DNA of 64,000 nt. Origin: Eledone cirrhosa (lineage: Eukaryota). How positions within the stretch are numbered: position 1 is the first letter of the stretch; every line of letters starts with the position of its first letter. Shown here piece after piece: positions 16,936 through 28,200 of the stretch. The stretch lies in assembly GCA_964016885.1 (NCBI GenBank), contig OZ024755.1, forward strand, positions 24,242,001 to 24,306,000, read 5' to 3'. The notes under the pieces are model-generated. The model did not search any database. It had not been told where the DNA came from and was given only the letters and a program-made list of their open reading frames with translations. Both the position numbers and the translations under genes were made by a program.

Positions 16936-17230
16936 TATATGGAGAATATAACTGATATCAATAGCAGCTTCTTACTCTTGGTAATGTAGACTAGTCATTA
17001 TTTGTGTAGAGAATATCACTGATATCAACAGTTGCTTCTTATACATTATGATGTTATTTACAATGCAATATCAATTACTATTCACAGCTTGGTTTATTCT
17101 GATATCAACACTTTGCAACATAAGGAATAATGCTGGGATATTTCATGCAAAATCAATAAAACCACTAAGCCAGTGAGAGAGCCACCAGATTGTTGCTCAA
17201 CCTGCTAGAAATAACTGCCATATCTTCTCT

Positions 17231-17433
17231 TTAACCCTTTAACATTTAAACTGGCCATATCCAGTCAAAATTCCCTAACCACTTTCTGTTCAAATCAGCT
17301 GTAACTGATCTTATGGTATTGTTCTCAAAATAAATAATATCAAAATCTCATAGATTTGATATTATGTGAGATAAAGTCTTTACTGTGAAAATACAATAGT
17401 ATATATAGAACAATGTAAATGCTAAAGGATTAA
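17231..17433 (+). mobile_element. TTAA-bounded ~200-bp MITE family 1 (piggyBac-like)
   Basis: Family termini TTAACCCTTTAGCATTTA / TAAATGCTAAAGGGTTAA, slightly degenerate here; about 10 copies in the window. Confidence 0.78.
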
Positions 17434-17795
17434 ACCAAAGCCTACAATGTGTCCTTGGAAAAGGACTCATTGTATAATGTGATTCAAAGCTACACTATAT
17501 CTAATCACAAAACAAACCTTTCAATATTACTTATTCATTTAACACTTGGCAATGTAGCTGCATTACCAAGTGTTAAATGGCTAAGTAATGTGGAAAAAAA
17601 GTAAAAGAAAGACCACCAAAGAAAGTTCTGCAAAATTCACTCCATAAACAGGATAATAAAAATACCCAAAACTCTTCATAAGTTTAGCATGCAACTCTTC
17701 ATAGCTGTTATATGTACATACATTTTTTATGTTCTGTTAGTGGTTTTGGTGATGATGGTGGTAATTATTGTTGCTGTTATTATTGTTTATTGGAT

Positions 17796-18880
17796 AGGGG
17801 GCGGTAGATTGACAGTATCGGTAGAGGGTCGGACGCCATGCTTTGTAGCACAGTTACGTCCCTTTACGGACTGAGTTCAAATCCCGCCGAGGTTAACTTT
17901 GCCTTTCATCCTTACGGGGTCGATAAAATAAAGTACCAGTAATACACTGGGATAATTGCTGGCCTTGTGCCAAAAAGTAGAAACAATTATTGTTTATTGG
18001 ATAACACCAACAATAATCACCACCATCATCACCAAAATCACCAACAGGGCGGTGGATTGGCAATATCGGTTGTGTCGGACACTATGCTTTGTGGCATAGA
18101 GTTATGTCCCTTTACGTTCTGGGTTCTAATCCTTCCAAGGTTAGCTTTGTCTTTCATCCTTACAGGGTCGATAAAATAAAGTACCAGTAACGTACTGGAG
18201 TCGATTTAATTGACTTTCCCATCCCCCAAAATTGTTGGTCTTGAACCTAAATCAGAAACCATTACTATTTATTGGCATGGCAGAGTCATTAGATTATCTG
18301 GAAAATGTTTAGCATCATTTGTTCCAGCTCTTTACTTTCTAGTTTGAAATCCCACTAAGGTCATCTTTGCTTTTCCTCCTTTTGAGGTCAATAAAATCTA
18401 ATACCAGTCAAGTACTAGGGTTGATATAATTGACTTTCTCCTGCCTCAAATTGCTGACCTTATGCCAAAATTAAAAACCATTATTAAGGTTGACCAAAAT
18501 TAGAAACCATAATTAAGGGTGGTGGATTGGCAGTATCGGTAGAGCATCGGACGACATGCTTTGCGGCATAGTGTTATGGCCCTTTACGTCCTGAGTTCAA
18601 ATCCTGCCGAGGTTAACTTTTCTTTTCATCCTTATGGGGTCGATAAAGTAAAGTATCAGTAATGCACTGGGGTAATTGCTGGCCTTGTGCCAAAAGGATT
18701 GGCAGTATTGGTAGAGAGTTGGGCACCATGCTTTGAAGCATAGAGTTACCTCCCTTTATGATCTGAGTTCAAATCCCACCGAGGTTAACTTTGCCTTTCA
18801 TCCTTACGGGGCCGATAAAATAAAGTACCAGTAATGCACTGGGATAATTGCTGGCCTGGTGCCAAAAGTAGAAATAATTA
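17796..18880 (+). mobile_element. Cluster of about 5 SINE family A copies
   Basis: Heads at ~17796, 18046, 18273, 18517 and 18697. Confidence 0.87.
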
Positions 18881-19679
18881 TTATTAAGGTTGACTAAAAT
18901 CTAAACTTAACTTATCATACAACTCTGCTTGTTTCAGTCCTCCTAACAAAACAGACTTCCCCCTTATTTTATGGTGGAATAGTAGGCAGTACAAAGGTTA
19001 TCTGACAGTATAAACAACTGCTTAAACAATATGAAAAGAGTATAAATTTACAAAGGCCACCCTATCCATGTTAAAACAGAAAGTACATGTAAAACTCTCA
19101 AAAGAGAAATGTTATATCATTACCATATAAACATCATGTATCTTCTTTCTCAGACTGAAGCTCACTTAATATTTAATAATCTACTCAATTTGTTTGTGGC
19201 CATGTTTCTAGATAAGTTGTTTACGTTATAACAAGAGGATCCATATCCATCTTTCTAGAGAAACAGAAAGATCATTAATATCTGTTTTCATTGCTGTTCA
19301 AGTTCTATTGTTTATTTATTCTATTTTATATAGCAATTTATGAACAATAGCATTGTTGTTTACAGGTTTTTCTACAAGCCAAAGAATATCTGAAGGGAGT
19401 GCCTGTAACTCTGTGCAGAACAATTATCACCGAAGGATTTTTTTTTAAAAAAAGCAGTTGCTTTTTTGTTTTCTTTTCATTGTTTGCAACCTTCACCAAT
19501 ACACGTCAACGAAAACACATACACACCTAACGCCAAATATACACACACACACATATATATTAGTTGGCCCAAGGCTATAGAAGAATATATTAGCGCAGTG
19601 TTGTGGAACATAAAACCTGTGAAGTGAAATTCTGAATCACGCAGCCATGCCTGCACCTGTGTGTGTATAAATATATAGG

Positions 19680-20625
19680 TCTTCTTTGGTCTACCTCTAC
19701 TGTGGCTTCCTTCCAATAGGATCCCCTGGCACTTCTTCACCCAGGGATCAAGATCCTTGTGCATCACATATCCATACCAATGCAGTCTTCTCCCTTGCTC
19801 ACCTCTTCAGATTCCTCTTAAATCCAGTATCTCCCTCAGTTCAATCAACCCCTGCCTTCCTCACACTATATTGCACATCCAACGAAGAATGGTTGCTTCG
19901 TTTCTCTCCAGCCTACACATTCATTTCTCTTCTCTACAGTCATTGCCCATGTTTCACTACCATGCAGCATTGTACTTCACACCCAGGCATCATTTTGTAT
20001 GTAAGGAGAAACCCTTTGTTGTCAACAGTGGAAGTAGCTCTCTAAACTTCTTCCATCCTACCCTTACTCTATTATACTCCCAGAACACCCTCCGCTACTG
20101 CTAATTAAGTCACAGAGATAGTAGAAGCTATCAACCACTTCTATGGATCCTTCATGCGATTGGAAAAGGTTTATATCATTGACACTCTTCACCTCGATTA
20201 CCCCTTTTCTATTAGTCTACTTGTTATCCCACTACATTTCTATTAGTCTACTTGTTATCCCACAACATGCATATATTGTATGGAGTTTATGCCTACTCCT
20301 TTTCTATATATTGATCAGGGCCACTTCCCTCAAGGAATTAGTATCCTATCTTCTTTCCAACTTACCAGCAATTTAGTTTTGGTTGTTCATTCTCAGACAT
20401 TTTGATTCCAAATTCCATTTCCATAGTTGGAACTTATTCTCTAGATCTTGCATGGATTCAGCTATAAGGACCAGACCACCTGCAAAGAGAAGTTCTCTTG
20501 GTCTGCCAGCTTTAAACTCCTCTGTTATGGCCTGGAGAACTATGATGAACAGCAGTGGGCTAAGAACTGAAACTTGATGAACTTGTATCTTGAATTCTTC
20601 ACTAACTTCTCTTCCTACTCTCAGG
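19680..20625 (-). mobile_element. Decayed RTE-type LINE reverse-transcriptase fragment
   Basis: Minus strand reads HQVSVLSPLLFIIVLQAITEEF...ELLFAGGLVLIAES (decayed QGS.LSP.LF and YADD motifs), with downstream RGRPKKT. Confidence 0.72.
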
Positions 20626-21887
20626 ATACTGATAGTTCCTCTGTATTTGGCTTGTAATTCAATGCAAAATTAAGCAAAAAATAAAAATTTATCACAAAAA
20701 TTACAATGTGTGTTGCAAAAAGTGAAAGTAAATATTTATCAATCAGATATGACAATATGAGACAAAGTACAATTGACCAATGACGCGATGCGAAAGTGAA
20801 AGTACAGTAACCAATCAAATATGATGCAATGTAGAAATGAAAGTAGGATCAACCTATCAAATATGACGCGATGCGGTAAAGAAAGTAGTATTAACCAATT
20901 ATATACGGTACAATACAACAGTGGAAAGAAAATGGGACTACAAGGACCCTATTTCTTTCAAAATAATATGATAAATTGCCCACTTACTTGCAAGGTGATC
21001 AAGGGGATTGGAACCCCTGATCAGGGTGTTGTGTTGTCATCCTCCTCTTCATGATGGTGTCAAAAGAATATATACATACCATATCTAGGCTGGATTTCCA
21101 GATTTTGCAGAAATTTTTTATTCAAAAGTGCAGGCATGGTTATATGATTAAGGGTTAAATGGTTATGGTGTTCACTTTATTACCATGAAGAGAAACGTGG
21201 CAATTTAAACCAGCATGTAAAGTTGTTGGTGATAGGAAGGGCATCAAGTCCTAAAAAGCTTGCCAAACAAAGGGTTGGGAGGACCCTCAGTAGTGTTAAA
21301 GACACAACAACCTCTGCTTTGCACTCAGTAGAACGTGAGACCATACATAAGCGAAACATAGATCTCTGGTCTGTCTGGGAGATCATAGCCCTGCTTCAGT
21401 TCTGACTTGGTCTATGTAGACCTGTCCAACCCTTGCTAGAAGAGAAAGTAGACATTAAAACGCTGATGATGATAATGATGTGTGTGTGTATGATGGAGTC
21501 TCCCATTGTTTCAACATATGAGGGTTCAACAGTCTTTTCAGTTCATTGCTTTAGGTTTATATCAGCATGAAAAAGTGGGCATAAAATCATGAGAGACATC
21601 TGCCTGTGGAAAAGTGCCTCAAGTAAACTTGTCCAACCCATGCCAACATGGAAAAGCAAACACAGAAATGGTAACCCTTATACATGATCATACCTGCACT
21701 TATGAAATATTTCAACAGGAGAAATGATAAAATTATTTGAACCAACAAAAATATTTTTGTTGTTTCATAAATACTTTTTAATCATTTCCCATAATTAGTA
21801 ATAACAATCACAATAATACATAGTGTCGGTAAGTTTTAATTATTTTTAAAATACTGCTAATTATAATATATGTACTAATTTACTTAC

Positions 21888-22113
21888 TTAACCATTTCAT
21901 GACCAATTTTGGAATACACACTATTTCAATTAATTAATTAAGAATTTTTAGGAATTTACAAAAATTATTAATTATTTCATTACTAAGATAGTAACTTAAT
22001 GTAAAGTTCTTCTATAAAATTATGTTGGAAGATTTTATTTTAAACTTAGAAACCTTTAAAATGGGTGGTTTTATTTCATAGAACCAGAGCCAGGTTGGTA
22101 ACTAAAGAGTTAA
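21888..22113 (+). mobile_element. TTAA-bounded MITE family 2
   Basis: TTAACCATTTC...AAAGAGTTAA ends; related copies at ~41531-41721 (-), ~43687-43916 (-) and ~59259 onward (+). Confidence 0.6.
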
Positions 22114-24340
22114 AGTGTAACTAACCCTTTCATTATAACTTTAATTGAAAGACACTACTTATGGTTTTCAAATAGTTTTGAAAATAATCAAGAATTTGGA
22201 GAGATTTAGTAATCATTTTCTTGATAGGTTAGAGTAAAGATGGGCATCTGTTGCTACAACATGAGAAACAAAGAACTGTTCAGTTGAGTTAAAGACATAG
22301 CAATCTCCAAAGTGCTGGTGCCACAATAAATGCTCCCAGTACACTCTGTAAAGTAGTTAGACATCAAATGGAGACAGCATAGAATAAAGAACTCTTTAGT
22401 CTTCATGTGGACATAAAAACATATCTGGATCCAAGTGGAGGGGGCTATGTAATAAAGGTGGGCCACAGAAGATTTGGGTGACATGGGGAAAATTTATCTC
22501 AGGAGGAGGAATCTTACAAAGGAAAGACACAGATGGATGGAAGATAGAAGTATTCCGAGATAGACTTGGCCAGATATTATGGAAGCTGAGTTCAGGAGAG
22601 TAAACTTCACAAAGGAAAGAAACAAATGTATGGAAGACATAGTAGAGGTATCCCGAGGCAGACCGAGCCAGATATTAGGGAGACTGATCTCAGGAGGATG
22701 AACCTCACAAAGAAAAGGAAAAAAGCAGAAGGACGCTGTGGTAGAGATATTCTGTGGTAAACTTAGGCAAAAGGATCGAGAGGGCCCTTTTTGTCCTATT
22801 GAGGACTTGACAACTTCTCTTGAACTGATACCACGATAAAATGTACCCATCACTCTTCGCAAAGAGCTTGGCAATCAAATGGAGGTAGTGTAGTGTAGAG
22901 TGGACCTTTAAATTTTGTCGAGACTATAATGGCCTCCTTAGATTCATGTAGAAGGAAAGCCAAGACATAGGCAGAAGTGGTAGAGAAGACCTGTTCAACC
23001 CACACAAGCAAATATGGGGGGGGGGGCGTGTATACCAAAATACTGATAACAAGGATGTATTAATTAGCAATAATTAAAATTTAAATATTTACAGACTTTG
23101 TATTATTGCAAAATTTACCCCAAAATAATTAAAAATTCAATTTAAAAATGTCATTTTTTTTTCCAATTTAATTTCAAAATATTAATTTAAACAAAACATT
23201 TTAAAAGTTAACCCTTTTTTTACTGTATTTGTAATGAAATTGGAGGGATTTACTATATATTTGTGAAGGCTCATAGCCGAGTTAAGGTGTTAGGATCACA
23301 ATCATATGATAGTTAGTTTGATCCCTGTACTGGGGCAGGTGGTACATTCTATCCTTGAGCAAGGCACTTTATTTAATGTTGCTCCAGTCCACTTAACTGA
23401 GGGGGGTGTGAAATGACTTCCAACAAAACTTGTGCTAAGCTGTTTATATTTTAATTAAAATTGGAACGATTAAAACTGAGTGGTCATAGTTTCACAGGGA
23501 TGCAGGTTGGTATCAAAAGGGTTTAAATAGTTAGTAATAATAATAATAACTGTTTCTACATTTGGCACAAGGCCAGCAATTTGGTGAAAGGCAAAGTTAA
23601 CCTCGGCGGGATTTGAACTCAGAACATAAAGGGCCATAACACTATGCCACAAAGCATGTTGTCCGATGTTCTACCGATTCTGCCAATCCATAACAATAGT
23701 TTTCTTTTCTCTCATTTAATATTTTTCTTTTTTTTTTATAAATAGCAACAATAACAATAAGGTCCCAGGGTGGCATTATTAATAAAGGGCTAGGGGTTAG
23801 TCAATGTAATCGACATTACAGGCAGTAATTGAATGGTCCTGTTTTATCACTGTTGGTCACACAAAATGGGGTAGATACAGTGTAAGTATGAATAGTTGAT
23901 TACATTGACAACCACCTTGGGTGGAGATTGAAAACAAAACTAACAGGGATGTAACTTTAGACATTGTATACCCTGCTAGCTTTGAACATATAAAAAGAAA
24001 ACTCCCTACCTTTTCAACAAAGTCACTGGAAAGAAACAATGCAGTTATTAATAAGGGGAGTTGAAATTAATTTGTGCAAGATTTCACAGTTCTAGCATCA
24101 CTCACTTATAGTTAACCTATCAACATTTTACATCCATTCTTCCACGCTAGCACGGGTTAGACGGGTTGTCCTGTTGTGGGCAATGCCATGTCTTACTCAT
24201 ACAGAACTGAATTTAGCTCGATTTCTACAACTAGATGCCCTTCCTAACACCAACGTCATTTACAGTGAGTACTGGGTGCTTTTTTTCTGTTGTGACACCT
24301 ACACGACCATTTTACAGTGGGAGCATACTGTCTGTCTATA

Positions 24341-24398
<58 letters not shown>

Positions 24399-24599
24399 AG
24401 TTAAGTGTGCAACTACCAAAAAGGTTACCCAGGTACAGACACATAATGCATATGAATGACGATCATTGAATGAAAAAGTGATATGGGTTCCAATTGAAAG
24501 GAAGCCACAGAATAGGAAGACCAAGGAAGATTTGGGGAGAAATAGTAAAAGCTAATCTTATGATGTTGAACCTCACAAAAGAAAAGAGACAAGTGGATC

Positions 24600-24985
24600 A
24601 TTTCATTATCATTTCATTTTACGTCAGCTTTTCCCTGCTTGCAAGGGTGGGACGGGAACTGATTCTGGCTTGATTTCTACAGCTGGATGCCTTTCCTAAC
24701 ACCAACCTCATTTACAGTGAGTGCTGGGTGCTTTTTTTCTGTGGCGCCTACATGTCCACTTTACAGTGTGGGCTGGGTGCTTTTTTACCGTGGCACCTCC
24801 ACGACCATTTTGCAGTGGAATGATAGGGACTGGGGTCCCTATCATCTCATTTCTACAGCTGAGTGAAGTGGAGCAATGTGAAATAAAGTGTTTTGCTCAA
24901 GGAAACAACACATCACCCGGTCTGAGAATTGAACTCACAACCTTTCGATTGCAAGGCCAAAGCTCTAATCATTAAGCCATGCATG
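24600..24985 (-). mobile_element. CORE-like SINE family B with 48-bp-unit body and (TGA)n-type tail
   Basis: Near-identical to the copies at 32631-33010 (-) and 38503-38837 (+). Confidence 0.85.
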
Positions 24986-25060
24986 TTATACAAACAAAAA
25001 ACTTGTCTAAACCATGGAAAAACATGGAATAATGATGACAGTGATGTTTATTAACAATTA

Positions 25061-25066
25061 TTTATT
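25061..25066 (-). promoter_or_regulatory. Candidate polyadenylation signal of NUBP2
   Basis: AATAAA on the minus strand ~40 nt after the stop codon. Confidence 0.45.
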
Positions 25067-25104
25067 TTTTTAATAAATGTCTGATTCAAGAAAAGTACAA
25101 ATGT

Positions 25105-25232
25105 TCAAGGTACATTTTCAACTTCAACTAGTTTTTCAACAATAGAAGACAGAACATCAAACACAGAAGAGTTTGTGAGTTCGGGATTATTTTGTATACA
25201 TGTGCTGAGTTGTTGATCAATAGGGATACATC
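25105..25232 (-). CDS. NUBP2: NUBP2 exon 8 (GCIPIDQQL...VENVP*)
   Basis: Poly-T/CAG acceptor, phase 1, TGA stop. Confidence 0.88.
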
Positions 25233-28200
25233 CTGAAAAAAAAAAAGATACAATAATACACCAATAATACAGCAAGAGAGAGATTCATAATTTTTACATC
25301 TCTTCTTCCATGCTTACATAGGTTGGACAAAGGCCAGAGATAATGCTACATTCATGAAACATTGAGTGACTGTGATTATAAGACTAACCACTGGAGTTTC
25401 AAATTCACAGTCCTCACTAACACACATATACACATACATACATGCATGCATACATACACACAGACAAGTGTGTACACATGCATGCGAAGACATATTTATA
25501 CATTTACACGTGCACTCACACACAACTCTATGAATGTTTGTGTTGTAAACAAATATATGTTAATGTCATCTAGCACAGAAATGAAAAGAACTTTTGTGTT
25601 TGCAAAACATTAATAATAAGAAACTCTCAAGAGAACTGGACAGCAGAAGGTCTTCAAAGAAGAAATCCCCTATCAAACATGCATTTCGGCCCTTAACTTC
25701 TATCAACTGACTATAATCCTAATACCCATTAAATGCTAACTATACTGTCTGTCATTTAGTAGTAGTTATATAAATATACTGGTTAATCAATTCATTTCAG
25801 AACAAAAACTCGGCACACCTGTGTAAAATATATGTGGCAGTCAACAGATTAAACACTGGGGTTAAAATGTCATAAACATTTCCTTTTAACATTTCCATAC
25901 ACATGCACACATGTGTGTATCATGACTCGTGCACTGTTCATTTTACTGATGTTTGTGCATTGCCCTATGTACTGTACATGCACTTTTTTGATGAGTTGTG
26001 GTGCACCTGGGCACTGTACACAATATTTCATTATTGTTATTGTTATTATATCATGACTCATACACTGTTCATTTTCCTGACACTTTATTATTCTATGTAC
26101 TATACATGCACCTTTGATGAGTTGTAGTGCACCTGAGCACTGTACACAATAATTTCATTATTATTATTATTATTTTCATTATTATTATTATTATAAATAG
26201 TTACTTCTAGCAGATTGTATAACTGCTTACAGGCTCCCTTGCTAGTTCAATGGTTGTTAATTTTTAGACCCAGGTTATTTCTGATTGAACAAACATATTA
26301 GCAAAGACATTCCAACCACAATCATTCTATTTGTTTGTATGTAGGATATATATATAGGATGATATATAAGCAAATGTGTCATTCCTTTGTCTGAGATGGA
26401 AGAGTGGAATTTGAAGGAATCTGGCAGATATTTCAAGTAGGTTAAATGACTGTATAGAGGCTCTCTCATCATTCTCTTAATCAAATAGGTTTCAGCGATT
26501 TTAAGTTCTTACTCATCATAATTAATAATGCATTGCTCATATTTGTATGTGTCTTGTTTATGGAGGACAGGATTAAAATTTTTAGATGTCTTCAGCACTC
26601 AAAAGATTATAGTTCTAGGTATCACTATAAATTTTTGAAAATATTTAAATCTAACTTCTACTCTACTTGGAGAGTATCCAAAAAGAAACATTTTGATGCC
26701 CCATTTGTGAAATTTGGATGAATATTTTAGGAAATATGATAATTTGAATAGTCAACAGATTGGTCGAAATCTTGCCTAATTAGGCCTAAATGAATAATTA
26801 GCCATATTTGTGATGTCATATTTTTGAAACTGAGGTGATAGTCATCTTCAAATTACAAAAACTAATAGTGTCCATGGAATAACAGTTGCCTATTTTTTCA
26901 GGTTCTTGACACACTTTTAGTAGGTATAGAACTAAATAAATCCTGAGATTTGGGGATATGATACTATTTCATACTTTAATGGACTTTTAAAAATGGCTAT
27001 AAACAATTAAATTACAATGATTAAAGTCCTTCACAAGCTTTTCATGCATTTTCAGACATGGCTATATTGTGATCTGTTATCTGTAGGGGGCCCAGTTTTG
27101 ATACACTGGTATGGGTATATAAAACTGAATCCTCTCTCTCTAAGTTTGGAGCTTTACAATACATTTAATAGGTATCCCTGTATTTGCAGAAGGGGTGACA
27201 TGCACAGTTAGCTTGGTAATTTTTCATGTCAAAATATGTGGACAATTATATATAATTTAAAAGTTCTGGATGTGAACTTTCTTTTTGATCAAAATCCCAC
27301 ATTTACATATCGTGTCAGGTCACAAATTCAATATGGGTATTGCCAAGGTTTAAAAGTTAAGTGAAATGTTACTAACAGTCCTGTTTCAAAGTGTTAGTGA
27401 TATTTATTAATGAAATTATTCAATTTTATTTAATTATTAGTGAAACTTTCTCAGAATTGCATGTAGACCTTAGTGAAAACAAATTTCTACAAGCAAACTC
27501 ATTCATAGGAAAGACAAAAAAAAAAAACGAATCGGCAATACTAATAAAGCAGGATATATTTTCATTTTTAAGGTTACAGCCCAAGAAATGTAGTGAAAAT
27601 AATTTTAGGCAAAAGAACTTCTGTTTAAGGTTTCAGCCGTAGGAATGTAGTGGAAATAATTTTAGGCAAAAGAGCTTCTGTTTAAAAGTACAATGAGTTC
27701 ATTGTACTTTTTTCACTACATTTCTGGGACTGTAACCTTAAAAATGAAAATATATCCTGCTTTATTAGTATTGCCGATTCGTTTTTTATTTTTGTCTTTG
27801 CTATGAATGAATTTGCTTCTAGAAATTTGTTTTCACTAAGGTCTACATGCAATTCTGAGAAAGTTTCATTAATAATTAAATAAAATTGAATTTTTACCAA
27901 ATGGAAATACAGATTCAGAATGTTAGTAGCATATAGATAACCTCACCCCAAAATGGAATGTTGAGTTCTTTTGCCAGGGATTCTCCACCGCCTTTTGAAA
28001 ATATGTTAGAACATTCCTGTAATTAAAAGGAATTTCATAAATAATGGAAGCAAAGTAAAGTTATATATAATAATGTATAATAATAAAAATAATGAAATTA
28101 TTGTGTACAGTGCTCAGATGCACAACTCATCAAAGCTGCATGTATAGTACATAGAATAATGTACAAATGTCACGAAAGAAAACTGTGTATGAGTCATGAT

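Noticed and set aside
17796-17890. tRNA genes at GAGTTCAAATCCC B-box motifs
   Set aside because: These are SINE heads followed by the family body; no complete cloverleaf
27391-27900. Two near-identical ORFs on opposite strands as paralogous genes
   Set aside because: They only mirror the inverted repeat and show no protein-like features
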